From positions 1,056,001-1,120,000 of the forward strand of contig OY969926.1 of the NCBI GenBank assembly GCA_963704645.1: a stretch of DNA of 64,000 nt, given 5' to 3'. Under the pieces are notes generated by a model. That model had not been told where the DNA came from. It did no database searches and was given only the letters and a program-made list of their open reading frames with translations. Shown here in pieces: positions 10,518 through 20,981 of this stretch (position 1 is the first letter of the stretch; every line of letters begins with the position of its first letter). The position numbers and the translations under genes were made by a program. Source of the DNA: an uncultured bacterium. GTDB taxonomy: Bacteria; Patescibacteriota; JACMRA01.

Positions 10518-10868
10518 ATGTATACTTTAATTTTATTGCCAACAGAGACACTGGGCGAAATAAGATTAACTGAATTTCTGACAATTTTAAATATACAGAA
10601 AATTTGTCTGCAAGTATCAACAATTAATAGTTACCATGTTGTAATTACCACCGCCAAAGATGTTAATTTAAGTGGAGATATAATTATTTTTATGTTTGAC
10701 CATCTTTCCGAAAGAGAAAACAAATTGATTGATCAGATTAAAGGCGCTTCGACAGGAGTTTCTATATTTAATGAACTTAACCTACTTTTGTTATCAATTT
10801 CACAAAAAGCAGAGCAGCATTATCGCCAACAGTTAGAATCTGTAATTGCTAAAATAAAGTATGGCTGA
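10518..10868 (+). CDS. Hypothetical protein
   Basis: 116-aa ORF followed by hairpins. Confidence 0.5.
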   Translation: MYTLILLPTETLGEIRLTEFLTILNIQKICLQVSTINSYHVVITTAKDVNLSGDIIIFMFDHLSERENKLIDQIKGASTGVSIFNELNLLLLSISQKAEQHYRQQLESVIAKIKYG

Positions 10869-11025
10869 AAATCTATTTTAACACCCTACCCCCTGTTTAC
10901 GAACAGGGTTTATATTTGGGATGCCTTGTAAATTTAACAAAAGCGGGTAAATTTGCCTGCTTTTTTATTGCAAAAATTGGCTTTGACCAAAGCTTCTTAT
11001 TATACATTAATTAAGTACTAACACT

Positions 11026-12033
11026 ATGAATATTTGGAAAAGTTTTGATAAACCAATTTGGGCTTTGGCTCCTATGGAAGATGTAACCGACACAGTTTTT
11101 AGGCAGGTAATTATGCATTGTGGAAGGCCAGACATAATGTTCACCGAGTTTACAAATTGTGAAGGCATGCAATCTGCTGGTCAAAAAGCTGTAATTCACA
11201 GACTAAGATATTCACAAATAGAACAACCTCTTATAGCCCAAGTTTGGGGTGTTACACCAGCCGATTATTACAAAACTGCCAGTTTAATTAAAGAAATGGG
11301 TTTTGCCGGAATTGATATAAATATGGGTTGCCCTGTAGCCAAAATTATTAAACAAGGTGCTTGTTCAGCTTTAATTAAAAACCCTAAATTAGCTGGTGAA
11401 ATTTTAAAAGCAGTAAGAGAAGCAGTAGGACCAGATTTTGCAGTAAGTGTAAAAACTAGACTAGGATTTTCCAACTTACAAACAGAAGAATGGTTAGGCT
11501 TTTTGCTAACTCAACCAGTAAATGCTATAACCATTCATGCCAGAACTGTGAAGGAGTTATCTCTTTCTAATCCTCATTGGGACGAAGTTGAAAAGGTGGT
11601 TAAACTACGTTCCCACTTGTTTGTAGACACTAAAAAACAACCAGTTTTAATTGGAAATGGAAGTGTACTTTCTTTAGAAGAAGGTGAACAAATTATTAAA
11701 CAAACTGGGCTAGACGGAATTATGTTTGGTCGGGCAATTTTCCAAAACCCTTGGTTGTTCAACCCAAATTACGAACAAATAAATGGTGAAATAATTAACA
11801 TTAAAACATCTGAACAAATCCATATAAAAGATAGATTGGAACTAATGTTGTATCATTTAAATTTATGGGAAAGTACTTGGGGAAATGAAAAAAGTGTCCA
11901 GATTCTTAAAAAATATTTTAAAATTTATATTCACGGTTTCGACGGAGCTTCCCAAATGCGAGCAGAAGTTATGAATTTGAAAGGTTTGGACGAAATTAAA
12001 AAGTGGGTAACGAGCAAGAATTTTGTTCTTTAG
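11026..12033 (+). CDS. tRNA-dihydrouridine synthase (Dus family)
   Basis: LAPMEDVTD, GIDINMGCP, VSVKTRLG, IHART, GNG, DGIMFGR. Confidence 0.95.
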   Translation: MNIWKSFDKPIWALAPMEDVTDTVFRQVIMHCGRPDIMFTEFTNCEGMQSAGQKAVIHRLRYSQIEQPLIAQVWGVTPADYYKTASLIKEMGFAGIDINMGCPVAKIIKQGACSALIKNPKLAGEILKAVREAVGPDFAVSVKTRLGFSNLQTEEWLGFLLTQPVNAITIHARTVKELSLSNPHWDEVEKVVKLRSHLFVDTKKQPVLIGNGSVLSLEEGEQIIKQTGLDGIMFGRAIFQNPWLFNPNYEQINGEIINIKTSEQIHIKDRLELMLYHLNLWESTWGNEKSVQILKKYFKIYIHGFDGASQMRAEVMNLKGLDEIKKWVTSKNFVL

Positions 12034-12051
12034 TAGTTATAGCTGACTTTT

Positions 12052-12086
12052 GAGCCCTGTCACCCTGAACTTGTTTCAGGGCCTAA
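12052..12086 (+). repeat. Palindromic repeat family A, empty copy 3
   Basis: gagccctgtcaccctgaacttgtttcagggcctaa. Confidence 0.9.
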
Positions 12087-12211
12087 TTGGAGAAATACAA
12101 CCAGTGATTCATTTCTCCACATATTAATAATTCGACACATCTTCATGTCATAATGTAGAGACGAGCTCTTGTCCTACAATATACTTTGCTAAAACGACAA
12201 AGGGTTCGCCC

Positions 12212-12991
12212 CTACGATAAAAACTCTTCTTCCTTAAATTCTGTTAAAATTTCATAGCCTTTTTTGGTTACCATTACAGTGTGTTCAAAATGAGCCGCCC
12301 AGCTTCCATCTACAGTTGTTACTGTCCAACCGTCTTCCGTAGTATCATCAAAATTTACTTCCCCGGAACCTAAAGTAAACATTGGCTCAATAGCCACTAC
12401 CTGGTTTTCAAACAATGTAGCACCCTTCCCTTTTCTGCCAGCATTAGAAATATATGGCTCTTCATGTACAGCCTTTCCAACACCATGTCCACCTAAATCT
12501 AGCACATTTCCTAGGCCATATTCTTTAGCCACTGAGTCTACAGCAAAACCAATATCACCAACTTTACAGCCATTTTTTATCGCCTCAATTCCTTTAGATA
12601 ATGCTAATTCTGTTCCTTCAATTAATTTTAAGGCTTTTTCACCTACATCCCCTACAACGTAAGTTTTAGCAGAATCACTGAACATTCCCTTATAAATAAC
12701 CCCCAAATCTAAACTAACTAAAGCTTTTTCTGGAATAAATTTATGAGCGAAAGGAAGGCCGTGCACAACTTCATCGTTTAAGGAAACAATTAAAGAATAT
12801 TTAAAACCCTGATAACCTAAAAAACTAGGAACTCCACCGTGATCACGAATAAAAGTTTCGGCCAAAGTATTTAATTTGCTTGCCTGTACGCCCTCTTTAA
12901 CTTCTTTAGAAAGCATGTTATAGCAAGACATCAAAATTAAACAACTATGTTTTAAATCATCTTTTTCCTGCTTGTTTTGAAGAATAGCCAT
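12212..12991 (-). CDS. map: Methionine aminopeptidase type I
   Basis: SLNDEVVHGLP, SLDLGV...SDSAKT, GHGVG..VHEEP, AIEPM, AAHFEHT. Confidence 0.97.
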   Translation of the reverse strand: MAILQNKQEKDDLKHSCLILMSCYNMLSKEVKEGVQASKLNTLAETFIRDHGGVPSFLGYQGFKYSLIVSLNDEVVHGLPFAHKFIPEKALVSLDLGVIYKGMFSDSAKTYVVGDVGEKALKLIEGTELALSKGIEAIKNGCKVGDIGFAVDSVAKEYGLGNVLDLGGHGVGKAVHEEPYISNAGRKGKGATLFENQVVAIEPMFTLGSGEVNFDDTTEDGWTVTTVDGSWAAHFEHTVMVTKKGYEILTEFKEEEFLS

Positions 12992-13622
12992 AATAATGTT
13001 GTTATATTTAAGGTTTTATTATTGTTTCAAAGTTGGCAAATTTTAAGGAAAGAAAAAATGCAACACAACGTTGCACTTTAAATTATCAGGTTGAAATCAA
13101 GCCCTCAAGAAATTTTTGGGAGTAAATCTCGCAATTAAATTTAACTCTATCAAAAAATTGTTGACTATCTTCCCAACTGTTCTGGGGATCCAAAACAATG
13201 ATAAGTTTTGTAGAATCTGAATCTGAATATTTTTCCTCATTAGGCTTAAAACAAATAATTATATTTGACTCTTCAAGTGCTGTACACTTTTCAAAACGAT
13301 GAGAAGTGTACGGATAGCTTGCTACATTTTTATTTAGCAAAGGATATCACTATTGTGTACCTTGTGGTGCACCTTTTTTGATGCTCTAATTAAGCCAAGC
13401 ATTGCAAGAAAGGCAAAATCAGTATTATCAATTTTCTCTGCGAACACATTTAACTTTGACATTGTTTTTTCCTTATAGTTTTAAACCATCATCTTTTTGT
13501 TTAAAACATAAAAAGTTTTCAATGTAAAGCCTTTGGAAATTATTCACATAAGTCTTCGTTTATTTTTGTATAAAATTTACCAATATAAAAGCAAGGCACA
13601 AAACCCTGCTGATAATTTTTAG

Positions 13623-14021
13623 TTAAGCTTTGCTTGATGGCAGCATCTCTTTCATTGCTGGAACTAAACACTTACTAATTTTAAGTCTTTGGCCTTCAAG
13701 AAGTACTGGGTAACAAAATTTGATAAGACAAACCTTAATTAATTCATCTTCAGAAAATTCTTCAAAAGAAGTTCTTAGCAACCAATTATATTGTTCATCA
13801 TGTCCATCAGCTTCACTACCAAAAAAGAATTCTGCATGTACAGGATACTCTTCTTCCAGAACAGATAAAAGTTGATGGTACGACAACAAAGTATCATCGT
13901 TATCAAATTTTATTAGAACTTCAATTGCACTATTTCCATTGTCTGTAGATAATACTTGAATGATCCAGCACAAATACAAATATATGGCATCAACTTCAAC
14001 CTCAAACGCTTTTTTTATCAT
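13623..14021 (-). CDS. Hypothetical protein
   Basis: 132-aa ORF with AGGAGA SD upstream. Confidence 0.6.
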   Translation of the reverse strand: MIKKAFEVEVDAIYLYLCWIIQVLSTDNGNSAIEVLIKFDNDDTLLSYHQLLSVLEEEYPVHAEFFFGSEADGHDEQYNWLLRTSFEEFSEDELIKVCLIKFCYPVLLEGQRLKISKCLVPAMKEMLPSSKA

Positions 14022-14182
14022 ATAAATCTCCTATTTCCCGCTGTAGTTTTACAAAATTTATTTTTAGAATTGTTGTAAAGAAAAACTAAACAAATTTAAA
14101 ACTGATAATATTTTATTAAAAGGTTATCTTAACAATTTGAGCATCCTCTCCTCAACTCCCAATAAAACTAAAAACCCTATAT

Positions 14183-14575
14183 ATGCCCTCACCTACACTT
14201 TTCACCAAAATAATTAATGGCCAAATTCCCTGTTATAAAATTTATGAGGACGAATACACTTTTGCCTTTTTAGATATTCACCCCACCCAAATTGGCCACA
14301 CCCTAATTGTTCCCAAAGTTGAAATAGATTATTTTGTTGATGTGCCAGAACCATATTATTCAGCTGTATTTCAAACTGCCAAAAAAATTGCCCCTGTATT
14401 AACCAAAGTGACTTGCAAAAATAGAGTTTTACTTACTGTAGAAGGTTTTGATGTTCCCCATTTTCATTTACATTTAATACCAGCCAATTCTAGTTTGGAA
14501 CTTGGGGAAGGAGGGAAGAGTTTGAACCAGGAAGAGTTTTTAGATTTGCAGGGGAAGATTTTGAAACTTCTATAG
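14183..14575 (+). CDS. HIT-family hydrolase
   Basis: LFTKII.G.IP, AFLDI.P...GHTLIVPK, HFHLHLIP histidine triad. Confidence 0.95.
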   Translation: MPSPTLFTKIINGQIPCYKIYEDEYTFAFLDIHPTQIGHTLIVPKVEIDYFVDVPEPYYSAVFQTAKKIAPVLTKVTCKNRVLLTVEGFDVPHFHLHLIPANSSLELGEGGKSLNQEEFLDLQGKILKLL

Positions 14576-14617
14576 ATATTGACTTAATCACAAAATTACT
14601 TAACAAGTTTATAATGG

Positions 14618-15283
14618 TTGATTAATTTCAATCTTAATTTGAAAACAAATGGAGTAAAAAAATTGAGAATTTTAATTGTTGAAGATACCCCACGGCATTC
14701 AAAAGATGCTCATGTTGTAGCAGACCAACTAATTGGTGTTGGGGTTGATTTTGCAACAAATTTAGACCAAGCGCTGGCACTAATTACCAGTAAAGTTTAC
14801 AACGGAGTAATTTCCGATGTTTTCTTTCCTTCTGAAGATGGAGAAGAGGCAACATCGTGGGGCAATGCAGTTACATTAAGTAACGCGCTTACAAACCCTG
14901 AACTTGGTTTTGTGACTTCTCCAGTGCAACATATTTTCATAACAGACCTTGATCATCATGTTGCTGAGATTCGTGATTTTTGTTGGAAAACACCTGTTGA
15001 TATTCATCAAGTAGATGAGCTGAAATACCATTTCTTAACAAGTGGACAGCTAATTGATTACCTCCAAGATAATAGTCCTAAGAAATCATGGACTGTTGCG
15101 TTTCGCTATATTTTGCTAGTGTTGGAATTGCTTCAACTTGAAGACAAAGGCCTATCAATTATTAAAGAGGCAGAGCTCCGTGGCTCTCCCTATGGTGGTA
15201 GCAACCTACGAGATTGTTTGGTTGATAACTCCTCCACTTTTCCTCAACTTGTTTTAAGTGTTTTTGAAAAATACAACGTCTAG
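14618..15283 (+). CDS. Receiver-domain-like protein
   Basis: RILIVED...VISDVFFP resembles the N-terminal half of a REC domain; the remainder is unrecognised. Confidence 0.6.
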   Translation: MINFNLNLKTNGVKKLRILIVEDTPRHSKDAHVVADQLIGVGVDFATNLDQALALITSKVYNGVISDVFFPSEDGEEATSWGNAVTLSNALTNPELGFVTSPVQHIFITDLDHHVAEIRDFCWKTPVDIHQVDELKYHFLTSGQLIDYLQDNSPKKSWTVAFRYILLVLELLQLEDKGLSIIKEAELRGSPYGGSNLRDCLVDNSSTFPQLVLSVFEKYNV

Positions 15284-15321
15284 TATTTGAACTGTTTCGC
15301 TAACTAATTAGTACGCATCCC

Positions 15322-15354
15322 AAGAGTAGTAACTCGCTACTCTTTTTTGTTGGG
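15322..15354 (+). terminator. Intrinsic terminator, near-identical to the one at 16580-16613
   Basis: agagtagtaactcgctactc followed by tttttt. Confidence 0.8.
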
Positions 15355-15361
15355 AAAAAGT

Positions 15362-15519
15362 TTTTACTTACTATGTAAAGTTTTGATGTTCCCCATTTCC
15401 ACCTACATTTAGTACCAGCCAATTCTAGTTCAGAGCTTGGGGAAGGAAGGAAAGGTTTAAGCAAGATGGAATTTGTGGAATTGCAAGAAAAGATTTTGGA
15501 GGAGTTAGAAATTAAATAA
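15362..15519 (+). pseudogene. Diverged duplicate of the 3' end of the HIT gene (copy 2)
   Basis: Encodes FDVPHFHLHLVPANSSSELGEGRKGLSKMEFVELQEKILEELEIK*; aligns to about 14427-14575. Confidence 0.9.
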
Positions 15520-15560
15520 TCTTGAAAAGAAAAAAAGAACCTTGTGGTTCTCTTAAGTTT

Positions 15561-16046
15561 TTAAAACACCCCTTTACTTAAATCACCTTCTTTTATGGCT
15601 TGGATAAACCAATTAATAAACTGAATCAAAACAGAATCATCAGGTTCAAGTTCTTTAAGAACATATTCGACTGAAAGTTCGTCTGCAACATTTCTTGTCA
15701 TGTTAAAATAAACAACTGTTGCAGATACACCTTCTTCCCAAAGAGTGTGGTGCGGGTCCATCGACTCATACATGACAAAAATCAAATTATGTTTTTGCAA
15801 ATATGGCTTGTCAGTTTCAGGAATGTAGTTCCTAATAGGCGCGTAAACTCCTTCAAGTTTGTTGCGGAAAAAATCACTAAGCTTAATGTGTGACGAACTG
15901 GTTGTTATTAACCACAACCCATCAAACCTTACAGCTAAAGTAGATTCAACCCAATGATAGTTGTTAGTTTGCATTAATTTTATCCTAAAAGGTTTATTAT
16001 TTCCAACTTGTCTAGTAAAATCACGTTTTTTTGCTAATGTCAACAA
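15561..16046 (-). CDS. Hypothetical protein (probable start about 15974, MQTNN)
   Basis: ORF lying between HIT remnants 2 and 3. Confidence 0.55.
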   Translation of the reverse strand: MLTLAKKRDFTRQVGNNKPFRIKLMQTNNYHWVESTLAVRFDGLWLITTSSSHIKLSDFFRNKLEGVYAPIRNYIPETDKPYLQKHNLIFVMYESMDPHHTLWEEGVSATVVYFNMTRNVADELSVEYVLKELEPDDSVLIQFINWFIQAIKEGDLSKGVF

Positions 16047-16107
16047 AATGGTTAAGTAATCTACGTAGCTTAATTTGGATATTTTACTTTATTTATATCG
16101 CATAGTA

Positions 16108-16190
16108 AATTCTAGTTCAGAGCTTGGGGAAGGAAGAGTTTAAGCTAGGAAGAATTTTTAGAGTTGCAGGGGAAGATTTTAAGTTATTTA
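16108..16190 (+). pseudogene. Degraded duplicate of the 3' end of the HIT gene (copy 3)
   Basis: aattctagttcagagcttggggaaggaagagtttaagctaggaagaatttttagagttgcaggggaagatttt matches about 14486-14562. Confidence 0.85.
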
Positions 16191-16246
16191 CAAAGTTAAA
16201 CTTTTGTTTTTTAATTAGTTTGTAATCTTTATCGAGTCTAAAAATA

Positions 16247-16543
16247 GTGGATTTTTATAAAATTGTTTATGGAGACTACAGATTAATAGCTGGTGAAAGA
16301 ATCAATTCAACCTACCGATCTATTTATTTTTCCCATGATGTAGATTTATACAAAGAGCTAATGCGATGTTTAAATTCTAAAGAGATTATTTGTTTAGATA
16401 GTTTTCAACATTGCTTAGTTCAAACTCAAACAAATTATGAGCAACCTGAAGAAACAGACAAATGCTATTATGTAAGAGAAAGAAATAACTGCGAAATAAA
16501 TAACTTAACCGAGTTTGTTTTATCCAAATCCAGACCTCAATAA
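16247..16543 (+). CDS. Hypothetical protein
   Basis: 98-aa ORF followed by a terminator. Confidence 0.55.
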   Translation: MDFYKIVYGDYRLIAGERINSTYRSIYFSHDVDLYKELMRCLNSKEIICLDSFQHCLVQTQTNYEQPEETDKCYYVRERNNCEINNLTEFVLSKSRPQ

Positions 16544-16579
16544 TAGTAAAACCTATTAGTGAATGAGCGGCTTAAATTT

Positions 16580-16613
16580 AAGAGTAGTAACCGCACTACT
16601 CTTTTTTGTTGGG
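16580..16613 (+). terminator. Intrinsic terminator
   Basis: agagtagtaaccgcactactc followed by tttttt. Confidence 0.8.
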
Positions 16614-16682
16614 TAAATTTTTAATATAGCAGCTCACGCACCCCTTAGACAAAATACAAAAGTTTTTATTAGTTAAATTACT

Positions 16683-18125
16683 ATGAAACTATACTTTTCT
16701 GGAATTGGTGGTGTTGGGCTTGCACCACTGGCTATGATAGCTAAAGACTGTGGTTTTGAAGTTTTTGGTTCAGATAGAAGCCCTAGTTTGTCTTCAGCTG
16801 AACTAGAAAAGAGAGGAATTGAAATAACTTACGAACAAAGTTTAGAGGAAATACAAGCCGCTTATACCAAACATAACTTTGATTGGTTAGTGGTTACAGC
16901 TGCCCTTCCCCAAAGCCACCCACATATACAGTTTGCCAAAGAAAACAATATTAAAATTTCCAAGCGGGATGAACTGTTAAATGTTATTCTAGCCGAGAAA
17001 AAACTAAAATTAATTGCAGTAGCAGGAACCCATGGTAAAACTACAACTACAGCTATGGTTACTTGGTTGTTTCAACAAAACAATATTCCGGTAAGCTATT
17101 TAATTGGGTCTAATATTTCATTTGGGCCAGCAGGTAAATATGAAGAAGACAGCCGATATTTTGTTTTAGAATGTGACGAATTCGATAAAAACTTTTTACA
17201 TTTTCGCCCAGAAATTAGTGTAATTACCAGCCTAGATTATGATCATCCAGACACTTACCCAACTAAGGAAGAATATCTTGAATGTTTTAATAAATTCTTG
17301 GGTCAAACTAAGGAGGGAATTTGTATTTGGGAAGAAGATTCCAACAAACTAAATTTAGCGGAGGTTAGTGCAAAAGTTTATAGTTTTAATTCCAAGGTTG
17401 TGCCTTACTCGAATTACTTACAGTTGATAAACTTGGCGGGAGAACATAACCGTCGAAATGGATTTTTATCTATTGTGGCCACGCTTTCTGCACTACCAAA
17501 AATTAATGATTCAAACGAGCTGTTGAATCAGCCAAAAATTTCCTTAGAAAAACTTAACGAAAGTCTTTCCAGCTTCCCAGGAACTATTCGTAGATTTGAA
17601 AAAATTAACCATGGTTTGTATTCAGATTACGCCCACCACCCTGTAGAAATTTCAGCTACAATTCAGTTAGCCAAGGAAGTTCAAGCAAAAGGCAAGTTTA
17701 ACCAACTGGTAATTGTGTATCAGCCTCATCAAAATTTACGCCAACACGAAGACTCAATTCAACTAGGCTACAAAGATTGCTTTCACCAAACAGACAAACT
17801 TTACTGGCTACCAACCTATTTAAGCAGAGAGCCTGAAGGAACAGAAATATTACAACCAGCAAGCATAGCCCAAAATTTAGAAGGGTTTAGGTTGGATCCT
17901 TTGAACAATAATAATAATACAAAATTCATAGCCAACAATTACAACGGAGATACTGACAAAATATCAATTAGTAAACCCGAAAGTAATCTCAAATATTTAA
18001 CCGGACAATTTGTACAACTAGATGCAAATTTAAAAAAAATAATTCAAACAGAATTAGATAACAACAATTTGGTTGTGTGTTTTGGGGCTGGTAATATTGA
18101 TGACTTTGTTAGGAGTAGTTTTTAG
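16683..18125 (+). CDS. murC: UDP-N-acetylmuramate--L-alanine ligase
   Basis: GIGGVG, VAGTHGKTTT, ECDEFD, DHPD, DYAHHP.EI, QPH, GAGNI. Confidence 0.93.
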   Translation: MKLYFSGIGGVGLAPLAMIAKDCGFEVFGSDRSPSLSSAELEKRGIEITYEQSLEEIQAAYTKHNFDWLVVTAALPQSHPHIQFAKENNIKISKRDELLNVILAEKKLKLIAVAGTHGKTTTTAMVTWLFQQNNIPVSYLIGSNISFGPAGKYEEDSRYFVLECDEFDKNFLHFRPEISVITSLDYDHPDTYPTKEEYLECFNKFLGQTKEGICIWEEDSNKLNLAEVSAKVYSFNSKVVPYSNYLQLINLAGEHNRRNGFLSIVATLSALPKINDSNELLNQPKISLEKLNESLSSFPGTIRRFEKINHGLYSDYAHHPVEISATIQLAKEVQAKGKFNQLVIVYQPHQNLRQHEDSIQLGYKDCFHQTDKLYWLPTYLSREPEGTEILQPASIAQNLEGFRLDPLNNNNNTKFIANNYNGDTDKISISKPESNLKYLTGQFVQLDANLKKIIQTELDNNNLVVCFGAGNIDDFVRSSF

Positions 18126-18202
18126 GAAGTAGTGCTGGGAATAAGTAGTGTTGTAAAATAATCTTAGGCTCAAAAGCTTAGGCCCTGAAACAAGTTCAGG
18201 GT

Positions 18203-19282
18203 TGTATATGTCAACTTATTCAGTGACAGAATTAAGTTTCTCATAGGGAGTAATATTACCAATACCTTGATGTCTTCTAATATGGTTGAAGTAGCAACAA
18301 TATTCAAATAATTCTTCTTCTAAACTTTCTTTATCTGGGTATACTTGCTCTCTAAGTAATTCTTCCTCTAAACTTCTCCAGAATCTTTCTACTTTACCAT
18401 TGGTTTGTGGCCTGTAGGCTCTAGTGTACTTATGCTTAATGTTGTATTCTAACAGTAATCTTTCAAATGGATGGTTTTGTTTGTTTTCTTCTTTTGTTTC
18501 TTTCCTTCCAAATTCGGGTCCATTGTCTGTTAATATACTTTGAAAATCTATGTTGTAACATCTATTGAATACTGCTAATAATCTTTGAGTATAAAGCATA
18601 ACTGTTAGAGCTTGTAGATTAGGTATTAGTATGGTCATAACTATTCTAGTAAAGTCATCTGTTAAGCTTAGTAGAAAGTATTCATTCTTTTCACCCTCCA
18701 GTATTCCTTTAGCTAGTCTGTGGCAATCCATATGGCCTAATTCTCCTGCTTTATCTTTAATGATTCTTCTTTTGTTAGTTTGAATTACTCTTGGATCTAA
18801 TCTATTCAATCCTTTCTTTAATAGTATATTGTAAATAGTCGTAGGTGAAGGAGTATATTTACCATACTTAGGTAAAAGGAAATCGTGTATCTCATATCTA
18901 CCAAATCCTTGGTTTCTAAGTTCAATAATCTTATTCTGTATGAAAGGAATACTTTTTAAACTACCAAACTTTCTCCCTCTTTTCTTTGGAATTAAACTAC
19001 TATCCATAGAAACTAATTTATACCTATTGTAATATTTGATGAAGTTTTGTCTAGTTATATTATTTGCTTTGTAGAATTCATTTACAAATACATATCTAGG
19101 ATGTTTCCTTGTTTTAATTAATTCATATTCTTGAACTAATTGTTTCATATGTCTAAGGTAATTCTTGGTTAAAGTATTATCGTTTAAACGCATATTATGT
19201 TAGAATATATGTTGTTAAAAATTTAACAGAAATAATCTAAAAGAAGATTTAAATTCTGTCACTGAAATTTATGACATATACA
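18203..19282 (-). mobile_element. IS481-family insertion sequence, copy 1 (1080 bp), inside repeat family A
   Basis: TGT...ACA ends, imperfect IRs of about 31 bp (TGTATATGTCA-N-TTCAGTGACAGAATT), 5-bp duplication AGGGT at 18198-18202 and 19283-19287. Confidence 0.93.
18216..19193 (-). CDS. IS481-family DDE (rve) transposase
   Basis: GELGHMD, DDFTR, ILTDNGPEF, RPQTNGKVERF, FN..RRHQGIG..TP. Confidence 0.93.
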   Translation of the reverse strand: MRLNDNTLTKNYLRHMKQLVQEYELIKTRKHPRYVFVNEFYKANNITRQNFIKYYNRYKLVSMDSSLIPKKRGRKFGSLKSIPFIQNKIIELRNQGFGRYEIHDFLLPKYGKYTPSPTTIYNILLKKGLNRLDPRVIQTNKRRIIKDKAGELGHMDCHRLAKGILEGEKNEYFLLSLTDDFTRIVMTILIPNLQALTVMLYTQRLLAVFNRCYNIDFQSILTDNGPEFGRKETKEENKQNHPFERLLLEYNIKHKYTRAYRPQTNGKVERFWRSLEEELLREQVYPDKESLEEELFEYCCYFNHIRRHQGIGNITPYEKLNSVTE

Positions 19283-19324
19283 AGGGTGACAGTTTAAACA
19301 ATTACCTTAGCTCAATTTTTATCT

Positions 19325-20314
19325 CTAAACTCTAAAACATTGGACCAAAATTGGAGCTTTGTCTTTATTTACTACATAATAGCTTTGAAAAAAACGTTGC
19401 AAAAATTCCTCTGCTAAAGCATTTTCTCTGTTTTCAGTTTCTGTTTCCACTTCGCCAGTACCCGCTAGAATGTAATTTCCTACATTAATTAATTTTCCAC
19501 CTCTAATATTTTGTATAAAAATACTGCCAAGTTCCAAACCTTCAGCGTCTGTTCTTGCTACCAAAGTAACCAAATCTATATCGGTGGGTTGTGGTAAAAT
19601 AATTTTTTGGGTTCCAATTGTGTCTTGCAAAATGTTTAATCTGTCTCGCCACATTGCTGCTAAAGCAAAGTTTCCAGCAACAACTGCATTACCAATTTTT
19701 TGTTGAATAAAATCTTGTACAAGTTCGGTTTTACCCTCTAAAACATTTTGAATTTGCTTAATTTTTTGTGAATAATCTTGAATATTTTCTTTGCCAACAC
19801 ATATTCCATCACACTGTTTTATACCATAATAATTACAAGGCCGCTTCTGAGGAGTACGCTCCTGACAGTAAGGAAAAATTGTTCTTAAAGTTCGCAGAGT
19901 GTTGTAAATGTTGCTTTGTTTTGTATACGGCCCAAAGTACAAACTAGCTGGATCGTATTTTTTTCGAACTAAAAATATTGCTGGAATTACATCGTTGGTA
20001 ATTCGTACATATACATAACTTTTGTCGTCTTTCAGCAAAATATTATACTTCGGCTGAAGATTATGAATTAAATTAGCCTCTAAAATTAAACTTTCTTTCT
20101 CGGAAGCAACCACAGTGTATTCAATTCTATCAATTCGGCTAATCATTAAAGTTAACCTTTGGTTCTTTGGCCTTCCTTCCTGAAAATAGCTTGCAACCCT
20201 ATTCTTCAAGTTTTTGGCTTTACCAATATATAATAATCCACCGTCTTTATCGTAGTACCTATAAACACCAGGTTTTTGCGGTAAATTTTTAATTGTGGAC
20301 TTGAAATCTGACAT
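19325..20314 (-). CDS. uvrC: UvrC N-terminal half (GIY-YIG, Cys-rich, UVR and middle domain)
   Basis: LPQKPGVYRY..LLYIGKAKNLKNRVASYF, PKYNILLKDDKSY, YFGPY; stops after SYY...KAPILV with no RNase H-like or HhH domains. Start taken at MSDFK (20314). Confidence 0.92.
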   Translation of the reverse strand: MSDFKSTIKNLPQKPGVYRYYDKDGGLLYIGKAKNLKNRVASYFQEGRPKNQRLTLMISRIDRIEYTVVASEKESLILEANLIHNLQPKYNILLKDDKSYVYVRITNDVIPAIFLVRKKYDPASLYFGPYTKQSNIYNTLRTLRTIFPYCQERTPQKRPCNYYGIKQCDGICVGKENIQDYSQKIKQIQNVLEGKTELVQDFIQQKIGNAVVAGNFALAAMWRDRLNILQDTIGTQKIILPQPTDIDLVTLVARTDAEGLELGSIFIQNIRGGKLINVGNYILAGTGEVETETENRENALAEEFLQRFFQSYYVVNKDKAPILVQCFRV

Positions 20315-20444
20315 TGAACTTAAACAATAAGTAAATTGTTTTTGGAATTTATACAAGCTTATTTTGAAGTGCAATACCAATGCAAGCACATAAATACTTG
20401 TATTATTTTATTCTATCGCTGAACCTTTACAAAACAAAAATTGC

Positions 20445-20906
20445 ATGATTGTAAATAAAGGCAAAAGCACATTACTGGCGAGAACTAAAATCATGAAAAA
20501 GAAACATCCTTTGTATCGTCTCACTGACCAAGGATTACACCTAGTTGTTTCGACTCTAGTCGAGAGAACAAAGACTGAGTATGGCGGAGTTCTACAAGAT
20601 GCCATAGCAGGAATTCTTTTCGAAGGTGATTCAACAGAAGCTTTCAGTGTTGTGAACGATTTTATAGAGGCAGCAGAAAAGACTAGCATTTCTCTCGAAG
20701 GAATTACTACCTACAACGAGGAGGAATTGGTGAGAACATTGCTCTTTGTAGCAGTTGATGATAAGGATTTCAATGGTGATTTTAGGAAAGCTATTCAAGA
20801 ATGCATAGCGAGGGACTGGACAGAAGAATCTTTAACCGAAGAAGTTAATAGGTTGCTTGAACTTGCTAAAAAACATAATATTTCTATTGAGGGAATATTA
20901 GTTTAG
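20445..20906 (+). CDS. Hypothetical protein
   Basis: Acidic helical ORF; terminator at about 20918-20950 resembles the one at 5477-5510. Confidence 0.6.
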   Translation: MIVNKGKSTLLARTKIMKKKHPLYRLTDQGLHLVVSTLVERTKTEYGGVLQDAIAGILFEGDSTEAFSVVNDFIEAAEKTSISLEGITTYNEEELVRTLLFVAVDDKDFNGDFRKAIQECIARDWTEESLTEEVNRLLELAKKHNISIEGILV

Positions 20907-20981
20907 ATTTTACAGAGTAGATCTTCTTCTGAAGGTCTATTTTTATTTTGAATAATATTTGCTAGCTAATATACGTATTCA

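Noticed and set aside
13086-13463. Possible frameshifted gene (ATG near 13462 joining the 13086-13340 ORF)
   Set aside because: Plausible pseudogene but no recognisable homology to support it.
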